A stretch of DNA of 55,326 nt from a virus (IMGVR_UViG_3300037851_000330:1-55326), one strand, 5' to 3'; positions 19,396-29,354 are shown, numbered from the stretch's first letter. Made by a program: numbers and translations. The notes: generated by a model not told the origin, from the sequence alone.

Positions 19396-19716
19396 ATGGA
19401 CGCTAAACAAAGTGTGTTCTTTCAAAAAGTATACAATGTTATGCAAGAGATGGAGCAATATATATCAGACTCAGATGAGTATGTTGCCATCATGGAAGCT
19501 GTGATAGCGGAAGCGTCTCATAGAAAAGACGTGTGTATTGACTCACATATCGCATTTGAGGTAAATGGTAAAACATTTAAAAAGTTTGATGAAGTTATTA
19601 GTTGGGCTTGGAAAGAGCACAAAATTGCATATGAGCCAGAAACAGATGCTCCTCTTTCTTTAGCGGAACAACGTAAAGTATGTAAAGATTTAGACCAAAT
19701 GATAAAGGAGGGATAA
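19396..19716 (+). CDS. hypothetical protein
   Basis: GGAGG RBS, promoter variant at 19366. Confidence 0.65.
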   Translation: MDAKQSVFFQKVYNVMQEMEQYISDSDEYVAIMEAVIAEASHRKDVCIDSHIAFEVNGKTFKKFDEVISWAWKEHKIAYEPETDAPLSLAEQRKVCKDLDQMIKEG

Positions 19717-19717
19717 T

Positions 19718-19927
19718 GTGGAAAGAGAAGATAAAAAGAGTTCGTTTGAGATCTCTGTTGCAGCACTATCGCGCTCCATTAACGAGTATAACACGATTGC
19801 AGCCGTATGTAATAGCCATATTGGTGCATGCAGCGGCTGCGCTCTTAGCAATGGGTGCAAACTAAAAGTCTTAAAGCAAGATGAAGAGAAGACAAATACG
19901 TTTGTAGTTAATAATTTAAGTCATTAG
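19718..19927 (+). CDS. Cys-cluster small protein
   Basis: C....GACSGC.....C. Confidence 0.55.
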   Translation: MEREDKKSSFEISVAALSRSINEYNTIAAVCNSHIGACSGCALSNGCKLKVLKQDEEKTNTFVVNNLSH

Positions 19928-20021
19928 TGTAGATAGCTGTAAGTCGCCAAGTAATAGTTTGCGAAAGCTTATACTATTCAGCCGCCAAAAAACAGCTATT
20001 TACTTTTTAAAAGGAGAATGT

Positions 20022-20288
20022 ATGTTCGTAATTGCAGCTCGTGCGCTTGAAGCACCTAAAAGAGTATATGTAAGAGATGAACAAGAGCTTAGAAAGCTTG
20101 CTCAATCATATCCTTATATCTACAGAGTTGGTACAGATCAAGTTCTGGAGATAACAACAGTTGGTTTAGAAAGTAATGTTATTGTGTGGCGAGACGTTAA
20201 GGATATTAGCGTACAAGACGCAATTAAAGATGACATTATTGATGGTGTTGAAGTCGACACTGACAAATCTTACGAAAAAACTCAATAG
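20022..20288 (+). CDS. hypothetical protein
   Basis: AAGGAG RBS before ATG 20022. Confidence 0.6.
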   Translation: MFVIAARALEAPKRVYVRDEQELRKLAQSYPYIYRVGTDQVLEITTVGLESNVIVWRDVKDISVQDAIKDDIIDGVEVDTDKSYEKTQ

Positions 20289-20297
20289 GGGAGAAAA

Positions 20298-21137
20298 ATG
20301 GGTAGATCAGTAAACTATATCGGCTTCGCACGAATTGGCAACCAATTTGGTCCTGCTCAAGGTAATGGTGAATATTGCAAAACATTGCCTGCAGGTCACT
20401 ATAAACTTGAGTACGATCATTACAACGACATATTGTTGTTAAACAGATTCGAGCCAAAACTCGATGACATTCTTAACATAGGAAGTAAAGAATTTAACGA
20501 AGTGTTAAATAATGCTAAGAAGTTTCTTTCTCCTGAAACAGAAGATATTTTTAAGCAAAATGGCTATTTAATGAAGCGATCATATTTCCTATATGGTCCT
20601 CCGGGAACTGGAAAATCTGTTTTGTGTACTAAGGTTTGCAATATCGCAGTTGAGAAAAAGAATGCTATTTCTGTCTATCCAGATGGTCATCAAGCGTTAG
20701 AGCGATTTGTTGAGGTAATCAACGATACAGACCCAAATCGCTTTCTTGCTATTACTCTCGAAGAGTTTGATTCTTCTTTAAGACAAGAAGGTGATCATAA
20801 CTGGACAACTCTTCTTGATGGTCAGTTTCAAGCAGGAAACAGAATATTAGTTGCTTCAACTAATAATATCGGAGCTATTCCATCTCGCTTATTAAGACCC
20901 GGTCGCTTCTCTCGCCTATATGAGATTCCTGCCCTAACCGAAGAGACAAAGCGAGAGTATTTGGTACAAAAAAGTGTACCTACTGAAACAATCGAGCGAA
21001 TAATGAAATACTCTGAATCTCTCACTATCGATGAGATGAAAGAGATCGTTCAGAACGTTGTAATCTTAGGTGAAGACCTTGATTCAACAGTAAAAGCTAT
21101 TACTGCTGCTAAAAAGTTGGGATATGACGCTGACTAA
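20298..21137 (+). CDS. AAA+ ATPase
   Basis: Walker A GPPGTGKS, Walker B-like ITLEEFD, STN sensor, LLRPGRF second region of homology. Confidence 0.9.
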   Translation: MGRSVNYIGFARIGNQFGPAQGNGEYCKTLPAGHYKLEYDHYNDILLLNRFEPKLDDILNIGSKEFNEVLNNAKKFLSPETEDIFKQNGYLMKRSYFLYGPPGTGKSVLCTKVCNIAVEKKNAISVYPDGHQALERFVEVINDTDPNRFLAITLEEFDSSLRQEGDHNWTTLLDGQFQAGNRILVASTNNIGAIPSRLLRPGRFSRLYEIPALTEETKREYLVQKSVPTETIERIMKYSESLTIDEMKEIVQNVVILGEDLDSTVKAITAAKKLGYDAD

Positions 21138-21468
21138 AGAACTGCTTTTAATCATTGGTTCTCTTATAAAAAAGAGAATAGATGAATGTCAACTTGAAGA
21201 AGACGCCTTTTGGGAGATGGATAGATCAACTAGACATATATCCAGAAGGCGTTTTATGCTCCTTGAGATAAACAAGGAATGTATTGTATTGGTTTGTTTT
21301 TTTGATGAAGGTCAAGATAAATGTGCTTGGCTAAAAACTAAAGATAATTGGATTTTAGTTTACACACAGCATACAAACCATATTGGCGCTACTACTACAG
21401 GTGATTTTGTAAAGCATCTAAATGATGCATATACAGCTTTGTCTTTTGATAAAGTATTAAAGGAATAG
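21124..21468 (+). CDS. hypothetical protein with C-terminal tag variant
   Basis: Ends LSFDKVLKE. Confidence 0.6.
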   Translation: MTLTKELLLIIGSLIKKRIDECQLEEDAFWEMDRSTRHISRRRFMLLEINKECIVLVCFFDEGQDKCAWLKTKDNWILVYTQHTNHIGATTTGDFVKHLNDAYTALSFDKVLKE

Positions 21469-21469
21469 T

Positions 21470-21778
21470 ATGGCTTTTAATCGTAAGCATACACCAATTT
21501 ATCCAAGAATTGATGAAGGTTACGTAGCGCCTGAAGGTTTCTTCATGGTGATAGAAGATTATTGTACGTATCCTTTGATGGTTGAATACTTAAACGATGG
21601 TGGCAGTAGACCAAGGTATTACCATAAGATAGATGAAAAATGGGAAGTAAGAACTGAGGTGAGTAGAAAAGATTCCAACCCTCTTGTTAGAGAACCCCTT
21701 ATCACAGATGAATTTCTTAATAAGGTTTATCAGTATTTAGCTGATCAATTGGCAGAAAAGGCAATCTTCGATGAGTAG
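21470..21778 (+). CDS. hypothetical protein with C-terminal tag
   Basis: Ends LAEKAIFDE. Confidence 0.65.
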   Translation: MAFNRKHTPIYPRIDEGYVAPEGFFMVIEDYCTYPLMVEYLNDGGSRPRYYHKIDEKWEVRTEVSRKDSNPLVREPLITDEFLNKVYQYLADQLAEKAIFDE

Positions 21779-22163
21779 AAGAAAAAGCCAGCATCAATTA
21801 GATAACTACACTGAAGTCTTTCAAGAAAAAACAGATGACGATCATGCTATGTGGTATATAACTATTACAAGACATCTGCCAAGTAAACAAAGAACATATT
21901 TTAAACTGTGGTTTAAGAACCCAAGAGAACCTGAAAAAAGAGATAAAAGGGAACCAGATGAATATGTTTGGTATTACAGAATAAACTGGAAACAGGATAG
22001 ATTAGAAAACCATACAGGCATTAAAGAAGGAAAAGACACATTTAATAGCGGATATTGGCGCACTGTTTTAGACTCAGAATCACCATTTAATTGGACTAAA
22101 GATGAAGTGATGCCTAAAATACAATCCATTCTAATGGATTATGAAATGGGCTTACATACATAA
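21771..22163 (+). CDS. hypothetical protein
   Basis: Coupled ORF, 130 aa. Confidence 0.6.
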   Translation: MSRRKSQHQLDNYTEVFQEKTDDDHAMWYITITRHLPSKQRTYFKLWFKNPREPEKRDKREPDEYVWYYRINWKQDRLENHTGIKEGKDTFNSGYWRTVLDSESPFNWTKDEVMPKIQSILMDYEMGLHT

Positions 22164-22207
22164 TACTCTACCGATTCGATATTTAAACATAACAATAGGA
22201 GGGTTTT

Positions 22208-22465
22208 ATGAAATTCAATAACTTTAAGTCTGCACAGCATTCGTCAAATTATAAGAACTTGCAATTGAAGAAGCTTAATAAGAAGCAACCTGTAAAGGTT
22301 TATTCTGAAGAAGAGAAGAAAGCTTTAGCTGCTCAAATGGGTGTTGGTACAGTGCCATCTCGAGTACCAGAGAAATTAGTAAAAGAAGCAAAACTTGAAG
22401 AAAACGTTGACTTATCAGTACTTGATCCTGAGTTGTTAAAACAATTAGGCGTTCAAGTTAAGTAA
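22208..22465 (+). CDS. hypothetical protein with VDxSxLxPEL C-terminal module
   Basis: AGGAGG RBS, promoter at 22170; ends VDLSVLDPELLKQLGV. Confidence 0.7.
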   Translation: MKFNNFKSAQHSSNYKNLQLKKLNKKQPVKVYSEEEKKALAAQMGVGTVPSRVPEKLVKEAKLEENVDLSVLDPELLKQLGVQVK

Positions 22466-22466
22466 T

Positions 22467-22745
22467 ATGAAACACGCTGTACAAAAAGCCATGCAGAGAC
22501 ATGGGGTCAACATAAATATGTCTGACCTATTGTCTCTGCGCAAAAACATCGAACATTTTAAGAACATCAAAGCATGGTTCTATAAGAACGGTCATCCAAC
22601 TCATACAGAGAAGTGGATTGTTAACTATAAGAATGAACTTTGGTATTTAGTTTACGACCCACGATCAAGAAAGATAGTAACTATATTAGACGATGCGCAC
22701 CCTGAGATAGTGAAGAGAGTTGTAGGTATTATCAGTGGCAAATAA
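22467..22745 (+). CDS. hypothetical protein (H-A..K..QR...IVT pattern, RelE/BrnT-like fold possible)
   Basis: HAVQKAMQRHG N-terminus and LVYD....KIVTIL C-terminal strands. Confidence 0.5.
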   Translation: MKHAVQKAMQRHGVNINMSDLLSLRKNIEHFKNIKAWFYKNGHPTHTEKWIVNYKNELWYLVYDPRSRKIVTILDDAHPEIVKRVVGIISGK

Positions 22746-23112
22746 AGGTATGCGCTCTAAATCAAGGCATGATGGCAAATTTAGATTTGCTATAAAGAAA
22801 ATGCATATTTACTATGCAACTAAAGTTAATCCTCGTTGGACTTATAAGGAACTATTGATCAGCATTTGCGAGCGATTAACTAATAAGCAGCTGTCTTGGA
22901 TAATTTCAAGTAAAGATAAATACTATGAACCTATAGTTGAACATGCTAAAACAGAACTATTGGAGCGTGAACTTCTTTTAAAACCAATGATACAAGAGAA
23001 TATGGTTGAGGTCTATGACCACTACGTTCTCACAAAGAAAAAAGAAGCATCTTTATTTAGAGAATTAACAAGCGGAGATAAGGTTTTCTATGAGTCAGAA
23101 GAATACACTTGA
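22735..23112 (+). CDS. hypothetical protein
   Basis: Internal ELLERELLL resembles the 51030-51969 family. Confidence 0.6.
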   Translation: MANKGMRSKSRHDGKFRFAIKKMHIYYATKVNPRWTYKELLISICERLTNKQLSWIISSKDKYYEPIVEHAKTELLERELLLKPMIQENMVEVYDHYVLTKKKEASLFRELTSGDKVFYESEEYT

Positions 23113-23401
23113 AAGACCTAAAAGAGACCCTGACTATGTTTCAGAGCGCTGTGTAGAGTATTGGTGGGCGCCTGAATGGGTTCGAGACTTAAAAGGAACT
23201 ATATGTAAGATTAAGGTCGTTAAGAACGGCAACGATGCTGACCTACATATGGTATCTAAGTCTGGTAATCACTCTTACATCAAAGGAAGAATACAGAAGG
23301 CTTTTAAACAGTGGCATACAGATCGTCAGATAGACTACATTATATTAGGTGTAGACGAAGAAGAATTATGGGTCGCTGACTGGGAAAAGAAAGATGAATA
23401 G
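23090..23401 (+). CDS. hypothetical protein with near-terminal tag
   Basis: QIDYIILG near the C-terminus. Confidence 0.6.
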   Translation: MSQKNTLERPKRDPDYVSERCVEYWWAPEWVRDLKGTICKIKVVKNGNDADLHMVSKSGNHSYIKGRIQKAFKQWHTDRQIDYIILGVDEEELWVADWEKKDE

Positions 23402-23654
23402 GTTTCTACCAGATGAATTAAGGCAACGCATCATTGATATAAACTGTAGTGATGATAACCTACTTGGTAGAGATTTATCTAAAGCAATATGTGAAAGATG
23501 GTCTGATGAAAAGCTAATTAAAGCTTTTGAAGAAAAGATGCATGTTTATGGTATTGCTGGTCTTACAGAACATTTAACTTATAAAACAATATATGTTCCT
23601 TTAATGGAAGATATAGCAGAATTCATGATCTTACAAGAAAAGAGAGATGTATGA
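23394..23654 (+). CDS. hypothetical protein with C-terminal tag
   Basis: Ends IAEFMILQEKRDV. Confidence 0.6.
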   Translation: MNRFLPDELRQRIIDINCSDDNLLGRDLSKAICERWSDEKLIKAFEEKMHVYGIAGLTEHLTYKTIYVPLMEDIAEFMILQEKRDV

Positions 23655-23808
23655 GAGACATTTATGTATGGTTTTCAATAGTTTATTTTGTCTTGATACT
23701 TGGTTTTGGAGGATATCACATTTACCAGCAAAACAAAATAATTTCGTTACTTGAAAAACTAAACGAACCTTACCGAATCGAATGTTTAGATAACGAGGAG
23801 AACTGTTT

Positions 23809-23979
23809 ATGAAAGTATTTTGCAAAATAGAAATGAAGTATGGATCTAAGATGGAGTTTTGGTGTGAAGATGAATTACAAGCTGCCACCAGAATCAAAGA
23901 GTTAAAAGAGAAGGGTGTAGAGATTATCAAGACTGATATCTCTCAACCTAAACCTGAAAATACAGACAACTTACACTAA
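23809..23979 (+). CDS. small hypothetical protein (below ORF-track cutoff)
   Basis: GAGGAG RBS, promoter at 23772; MKVFCKIEMKYG... Confidence 0.55.
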   Translation: MKVFCKIEMKYGSKMEFWCEDELQAATRIKELKEKGVEIIKTDISQPKPENTDNLH

Positions 23980-23987
23980 GGAGAAAC

Positions 23988-24125
23988 ATGGACGAATATC
24001 AAGTGTATCTATCTAACGACGAGTTAAGAAATCTTTTAGACGAAGATCCTACTTTTTGGCCGGGTTATGAAGAGTGGCTTGATGATGTTCAAGCAACAGA
24101 GGAGATATTCCTTGGAGAGAACTAG
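23988..24125 (+). CDS. 45-aa protein with C-terminal tag (below ORF-track cutoff)
   Basis: AAGGAG RBS; MDEYQVYLSNDELR...ATEEIFLGEN. Confidence 0.65.
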   Translation: MDEYQVYLSNDELRNLLDEDPTFWPGYEEWLDDVQATEEIFLGEN

Positions 24126-24289
24126 AATTCTTTTAGCATTAACTAATAAAATAGTTGCTCTTGAACAAGAGCAGCAAATTTATGATTTCCATAGTAAGCC
24201 TTGGTGTCTAATAGATGACGAAATTACTCAAACCAAGAAAACTATTCAAGATGTCATGAACTCTAAATGTCCTTTAATAAGGGGTTAAT

Positions 24290-24583
24290 ATGATTTGGAA
24301 AGCTAAAACACCTAACTATTGGGTTTCTACAGATCAAGGCGAATTACAGACACAGGTTATATTTATAGCCGATAAAGGTTATGCCGCTTGGCGAGTTCAA
24401 GATAACGGCAAGACAGTTGAAAAAGGTAGAGCAGATAGTATATTAACTGGTATGAACATTTCTTGTACAGCACTTTTAAAGTATAAAGCTAATAAAAATA
24501 AGATAGATGCAAAGCTATCTAAAGTAGAACACGAAGACTTTGTTGGCTTACCTGAGTTTATCTCGACCGAATCGAATTTTTAA
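24290..24583 (+). CDS. hypothetical protein
   Basis: AGGGG RBS. Confidence 0.6.
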   Translation: MIWKAKTPNYWVSTDQGELQTQVIFIADKGYAAWRVQDNGKTVEKGRADSILTGMNISCTALLKYKANKNKIDAKLSKVEHEDFVGLPEFISTESNF

Positions 24584-24655
24584 CAACGGGTGGTTGTGTC
24601 TAAAATGATTTAGTCCACCACTTGAAAAACAAAAACATTCTCTAAAGGAGGGAAT

Positions 24656-25165
24656 ATGAAACAAAGAGATGCAGTTTATGCTGCGGTAACAACTGTCCTT
24701 AAGGACGCCGGTAAACAGTTCGAAGACGGTATGAATGTACTGGAGTCGATCACAGATTCTGAGCGTGATGCAGTTCATGCAATCATCGTTCAGGGTTTTA
24801 AAGCCGGAAAGATTTCGTTAGAACAAACGGAGTCAAACAAAAAGAAAATGGCTTCAGACTCTGAAATGAACAAGTACGTTTCAGGTCTTATCAGCAACTG
24901 GTTTCGCAAAGACGAACGTCTTAACGGTGACACAAAGTATCAGATCAAAAATCCGGGTTCACGTGCAGGATCTTCTGATCCTCAGTTGAAAGCTCTTCGT
25001 CAGTTGTACACTCAGTTCAAAGGTACACCTAAAGAAGCTATCTTGAAAACTCAAATCGAAGCTCGTTCTTCAGCTTTACAAGCTGAAAAAGCGAAGCAAG
25101 TTAAAGTTGACATCTCAGCACTTCCTGCTGAGTTAGTTGCTCAACTTGGCTTAGATAAAGAGTAA
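24656..25165 (+). CDS. conserved phage protein, paralog family A (copy 2)
   Basis: AAGGAGG RBS; homologous to 14341..14859. Confidence 0.8.
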   Translation: MKQRDAVYAAVTTVLKDAGKQFEDGMNVLESITDSERDAVHAIIVQGFKAGKISLEQTESNKKKMASDSEMNKYVSGLISNWFRKDERLNGDTKYQIKNPGSRAGSSDPQLKALRQLYTQFKGTPKEAILKTQIEARSSALQAEKAKQVKVDISALPAELVAQLGLDKE

Positions 25166-25193
25166 TCAATAATCAAAGCAAAGAGTTTCTCCT

Positions 25194-25220
25194 AAGGCGG
25201 ACTAATAGTCCGCCTTTTTT
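25194..25220 (+). terminator. intrinsic terminator
   Basis: AAGGCGGACT-AAT-AGTCCGCCTT followed by T run. Confidence 0.85.
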
Positions 25221-25265
25221 CTTTATTGCTAAACTGAATCGACATTTAATGAACGAGGGGGTCTT

Positions 25266-26360
25266 ATGATTTTACTCACTATGTTGTTAATACCTACGCT
25301 TGTAGCGTTTGGGTTTTTTATATTTGGTGGTAAAAAGGTCACATTGTGGGAATTCTTTGGACAGATGGTTGTTCAAGCAATCTTCATGTCTCTAATTGTT
25401 TTTGGAATGTCGCGAATGAATACAAGTGACGTAGAGATAATCAGTGGAGTTGTGACCAATAAGATAAAAGATAGAGTATCCTGTCGACACTCGTACTCAT
25501 GTAATTGTAGAGAGATATGTAGTGGTTCTGGTAATAATAGATCTTGCTATACTCATTGCGATACTTGTTATGAGCATAGCTATGATATAGATTGGGATGT
25601 TCATACTACCATTGGTACTTTTTCTATAGATACTATAGATCGTCAAGGATTACAAGAACCTCCAAGGTGGACTGCTGTAAGGATAGGTGAACCAGTAGCT
25701 ACAACTCATTGGTATGAGAACTATATTAAGGGTTCACCTGATAGTTTATTCAGGCATCAAGGTCTCGTAGAGAAATATGCTAAAGTACTTCCTAAATATC
25801 CATCAAACGTGTACGACTATTGGCATGTAGATAGACTTGTTACTGTAGGTGTATCGTTACCTGATGCGAAGCTGTGGAACCAAGAACTGCAGCGAATCAA
25901 TGGGTTTATAGGACCACGTAAGAAAGCTAACATAGTAGTCGTTGTTGTTAAGAATCAGCCGAGTGATTACTTCAAAGCACTTGAACAGCATTGGATTGGT
26001 TCTAAGAAGAATGACATTGTCGCTGTAATCAGTGTTGATGATTCGTATAATGTGCAGTGGGCAGAAACAATGGCGTGGACAAAAGATAAGATGGTTGAGG
26101 TCGTTGTATCAGATCATATAAGAAGGATAGGTAAACTTGACAGAGAGCAGATATTAGATAATATCGCTAAGTCTGTTGATGCCTACTACGTCAGAAAACC
26201 AATGAAAGAGTTCGAGTACTTAAAATCCTCTGTTACTCCTACGTTTGGACAGTGGATGTTTGCAATGGTGTTTGGCTTTATACTAAGCGTTGGCTTAGGT
26301 ATATTTATGATTAAAAACGATATAGATGACGAAGATCGTCATAGAAAGGTTTGGTACTAA
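25266..26360 (+). CDS. membrane protein with Cys-rich periplasmic region (partner of LemA-like gene)
   Basis: Two N-terminal and one C-terminal TM helices; C.HSY.CNC...C..C motif; L...W.G.KKND motif. Confidence 0.65.
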   Translation: MILLTMLLIPTLVAFGFFIFGGKKVTLWEFFGQMVVQAIFMSLIVFGMSRMNTSDVEIISGVVTNKIKDRVSCRHSYSCNCREICSGSGNNRSCYTHCDTCYEHSYDIDWDVHTTIGTFSIDTIDRQGLQEPPRWTAVRIGEPVATTHWYENYIKGSPDSLFRHQGLVEKYAKVLPKYPSNVYDYWHVDRLVTVGVSLPDAKLWNQELQRINGFIGPRKKANIVVVVVKNQPSDYFKALEQHWIGSKKNDIVAVISVDDSYNVQWAETMAWTKDKMVEVVVSDHIRRIGKLDREQILDNIAKSVDAYYVRKPMKEFEYLKSSVTPTFGQWMFAMVFGFILSVGLGIFMIKNDIDDEDRHRKVWY

Positions 26361-26926
26361 TGGGAACAGGATTAAAGGTAACACTTGGAGTGTTAGGAAT
26401 GATTGTACTCTTGCTCGTTGTGGGAGTAACATCAGTGATAGGTATTAACAACGATTGCGTAACACAGGAGTCTGGTATTGTTGCGCAATATAAGCAGAAC
26501 CAGAATAACTATGATAACTACATCAAGAAGCTAAAAGAGACTGCGCAAGTCCCTGACATGTACACAGAAGATCTTAAGAAGCTTTATAAAGAAGCAATCA
26601 CAGGTCGTTATGGTGCTGAAGGTTCTAAAGCTATGTTTCAGTTCTTAAAAGAACAAAATCCTACCTTAGATGCATCGCTGTACACAAAGATTCAGCAGAT
26701 CATCGAGTCAGGGCGTAACAGCTTTGAAGCAGATCAAAAGACTTTATTAGACAAGAAGAGGGTGTATGAGTTAACACTTAAGCAGTTCCCTTCTAATCTA
26801 ATCACAGGTGTACTCGGTTTTCCTAAGATCGACTTAGCTAAGTATGATATCGTTACTTCGCAAGAAACAGAAGATGCTTTTGAGAAGAAGAAAGCAGATC
26901 CTGTTAATCTAAGAGATAATAAATAA
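26360..26926 (+). CDS. LemA-like membrane-anchored protein
   Basis: N-terminal TM, E.AQVP, GRYG, QEQNP-like, FPSN...LGFP motifs. Confidence 0.65.
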   Translation: MGTGLKVTLGVLGMIVLLLVVGVTSVIGINNDCVTQESGIVAQYKQNQNNYDNYIKKLKETAQVPDMYTEDLKKLYKEAITGRYGAEGSKAMFQFLKEQNPTLDASLYTKIQQIIESGRNSFEADQKTLLDKKRVYELTLKQFPSNLITGVLGFPKIDLAKYDIVTSQETEDAFEKKKADPVNLRDNK

Positions 26927-26986
26927 CTGGAAGGTTCAGCGCGTAGCACCGATACGGCACAAGCGGGTTCTCGAGCAGGTTATTGT

Positions 26987-27012
26987 AGGCAGACTTCGGT
27001 CTGCCTTTTTTA
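26987..27012 (+). terminator. intrinsic terminator
   Basis: AGGCAGAC-TTCG-GTCTGCCT followed by T run. Confidence 0.85.
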
Positions 27013-27035
27013 TTTCAGTTGCGCCCACCACGCAG

Positions 27036-27051
27036 CTGACACTGCTACGCC
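27036..27051 (+). repeat. 16-mer CTGACACTGCTACGCC, copy 4
   Basis: Exact repeat; preceded by hairpin TCAGTTGCG/CGCAGCTGA. Confidence 0.9.
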
Positions 27052-27086
27052 GGCGCCGCTTACCGCCAATCGCTGTACCGATACGA

Positions 27087-27857
27087 TTGTTGTCTATGAT
27101 GAGAGAACGTAAACTAAAGGGAACAGGTACGATACGCTTGATCGTTGTTAAGCACAACGATATGAATTATGGTGGAATATATCGCAACACTAACCCTGAC
27201 ACGATCACTATTATTAGTGCCACGTTCTTTCCACATGGCTTCATATGTCACAAGACTTGGAACGATGAGGTATCGAGACCTGAGTATACAGAGGATATGA
27301 TTCGTGAAGAATCAGAGGTTGTTGCTTCTCATTTAGAAGATCAACCAAATGGATTCTACGAGATAATAGCGGGTCTAGGTTATACGTCTTGGAGAACCTC
27401 ATATGAATATGAAGAATATGAGCATGAGTGGGATTTACTTGATCCTAAGATTCAAAGCATTAAGTATGAACATGCAGTTAAGTTAGATCAATATGATGTT
27501 ATACGCGGTGAAACAATTGACTTAATGACAAGACAAACTCTTCATAAAGAACAAAGACCTGATTACGCTGATACTGCAATTAACCAGTTCATGTCTCGTA
27601 AGGAGATTAAAGCCAGACATGCTTTTGTTCTTACAAAGCTTTATGACAACTACACATCAACTAGACTATATGAATATACAAGGATGACAGAGAAAGAACT
27701 AGATGATTACATACATATGTCTATGCTTACTATGGACTCTGAATCCATGATGAGCGATTTACAGGAGAAAAGACATAAACTGGCGTTAATAGTAGATGAG
27801 GATGTTAATCACTGTGAAGAATTAAGGCATAGCTTAATGGACCAAGAAGACGAATAA
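27087..27857 (+). CDS. hypothetical protein (start likely 27096/27099)
   Basis: 256 aa ORF behind promoter motif at 27077. Confidence 0.65.
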   Translation: MLSMMRERKLKGTGTIRLIVVKHNDMNYGGIYRNTNPDTITIISATFFPHGFICHKTWNDEVSRPEYTEDMIREESEVVASHLEDQPNGFYEIIAGLGYTSWRTSYEYEEYEHEWDLLDPKIQSIKYEHAVKLDQYDVIRGETIDLMTRQTLHKEQRPDYADTAINQFMSRKEIKARHAFVLTKLYDNYTSTRLYEYTRMTEKELDDYIHMSMLTMDSESMMSDLQEKRHKLALIVDEDVNHCEELRHSLMDQEDE

Positions 27858-28002
27858 CTTAACCGATACGACATATGTATAGAGGTACGGATGACTGAGG
27901 AAAAAATTAAGTCTATATTGCGTTCTTTTGGTTATACTGAATCACATCCTGATTTCTATCGTTTATTAGGGTTAATTAAACTCATAGTAATGGAGCAGAT
28001 AG

Positions 28003-28227
28003 ATGAGAACTTATGAAGTTTTAATAAATCATACTGGAGACCCAGACGATTGGGAACCTACAGGTCAGACTCTTACAGAAGAAGAAGCATTAGAACAGAT
28101 GGATGAGCATCCTTTCGGCACTGATCATGATGAAGAGCAAGGCGTTATCTGTTTATTTAATCAGTTTGGGCAAGACTTTATTCAATTGAGGTCAAATGAT
28201 AAACAAGAAGAAATTGTATATCACTAA
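28003..28227 (+). CDS. hypothetical acidic protein
   Basis: GGAG RBS. Confidence 0.6.
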   Translation: MRTYEVLINHTGDPDDWEPTGQTLTEEEALEQMDEHPFGTDHDEEQGVICLFNQFGQDFIQLRSNDKQEEIVYH

Positions 28228-28726
28228 TAGCTCTTTTAGAGAGGTTTCTTTTTCCAAGAAGTGGAAAAGGATAGGCAATGGCGCATACGCGACATACTAC
28301 AAAATATCTCCTAGAAGAGGAATAAAGATATTTGCTTATACTTATAAGCATGTTCATATTGAAGAAGTAATTCCAGCAGCATATCAAGAATTTAAGTTGC
28401 TTAAAGCTGCATGTAAGAGTGGTCATAGTCCAAAACCTTATGAGATAGTTGTTGTAAAAGGTTTAGGGCAAGACCATATTGGTATCGTTATGCAACATAT
28501 TGACGGCAAAAGAGTGTCTGATCTTAAATGGGAAGTTACTTCAGCGTTTCAGAAAAAGATTAGACTTTCTATAGAAGACTTTTTAAGAGATATGATGCGA
28601 ACTTGCAACGTGTATCATGGCGACTTACATACTGGCAACATGATTGCAAAAGTAAAAAAGGGAAAGATTTCAAAGGTTTATGCTGTAGATTTCTCTCCTT
28701 GTAGTAGTGGTTTTATCAACAGATAG
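28196..28726 (+). CDS. minimal protein kinase-like (RIO/ABC1/APH-type) protein
   Basis: IGNGAYA P-loop, GIKIF Lys, HGDLHTGN catalytic loop, VDF. Confidence 0.75.
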   Translation: MINKKKLYITNSSFREVSFSKKWKRIGNGAYATYYKISPRRGIKIFAYTYKHVHIEEVIPAAYQEFKLLKAACKSGHSPKPYEIVVVKGLGQDHIGIVMQHIDGKRVSDLKWEVTSAFQKKIRLSIEDFLRDMMRTCNVYHGDLHTGNMIAKVKKGKISKVYAVDFSPCSSGFINR

Positions 28727-28734
28727 GGTGGTAT

Positions 28735-29346
28735 ATGTTTGATTTTTTAAAAAGGTTTCGTTCTAATAAGAAAAGTGATGCCGTTCAATCTGTTGTTCAG
28801 CCGCGTCGTGCATTTGACCGTGAAGCAAGAATACACCTCAGAGAAAATATATCAATGTTTCTAAGCCAGCAAAATGTGTTGCCTAAATTTAGCGTTGGAA
28901 AAAGAGTTCTCATCAATATCTCCAAAGGTCCTCAAAGGGGGAACTGGACTCTTTTAGCAGACGATTGGAAGGGTAAAGTAGTAACAGGTGAAATAACTCA
29001 GGTTCTTCTTGATACATCATATCTAGAAGAACTTTTAAATGAAAACACTTTCCTTAAATCACCTCAGGGAACTAGAGAGACACTTTTACAACAAGTAGAT
29101 AACAATAATTATCCATACTTATTGCATTACTGTGATTGGAGTTATAAAATTAAGTTCGATGATGAAGATATGCAAGTTAATTGGCCTGTAAATGAGTATT
29201 GGCTTATAGGTGGTTTTGACGATAAAAAGCTTAAAGAATTTAAGCGTTTACAAAAAAGAATTGACGATTTGCAACTTAAGATGCTTGATTGTGAAGCAAC
29301 AAAGAGTACTCTCTTTGACGAAATTTTTAAGAAAGAAGATAAATAA
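28735..29346 (+). CDS. hypothetical protein
   Basis: 203 aa, C-terminal coiled coil. Confidence 0.6.
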   Translation: MFDFLKRFRSNKKSDAVQSVVQPRRAFDREARIHLRENISMFLSQQNVLPKFSVGKRVLINISKGPQRGNWTLLADDWKGKVVTGEITQVLLDTSYLEELLNENTFLKSPQGTRETLLQQVDNNNYPYLLHYCDWSYKIKFDDEDMQVNWPVNEYWLIGGFDDKKLKEFKRLQKRIDDLQLKMLDCEATKSTLFDEIFKKEDK

Positions 29347-29354
29347 GGTATAAT
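29347..29354 (+). promoter_or_regulatory. GGTATAAT promoter (-10) of NAD salvage operon; representative of second promoter class
   Basis: Same or similar octamer on minus strand at 2713, 6902, 10191, 11039, 37233, 40111, 55282 and plus strand at 40145, 40839, 43275, 46457, each upstream of a gene. Confidence 0.7.

Noticed and set aside
14165-27051. 16-mer repeat as a CRISPR array
   Set aside because: Only four copies at irregular spacing (1000, 283, 11588 nt), too short, no cas genes in the window
27036-27075. TGACACTGCTACGCCGG resembles the twister ribozyme 5' strand (UAACACUGCCAAUGCCGG)
   Set aside because: Lacks the UAA cleavage site, the GUCCCAAGC loop and the GAGGG partner; downstream sequence differs among copies
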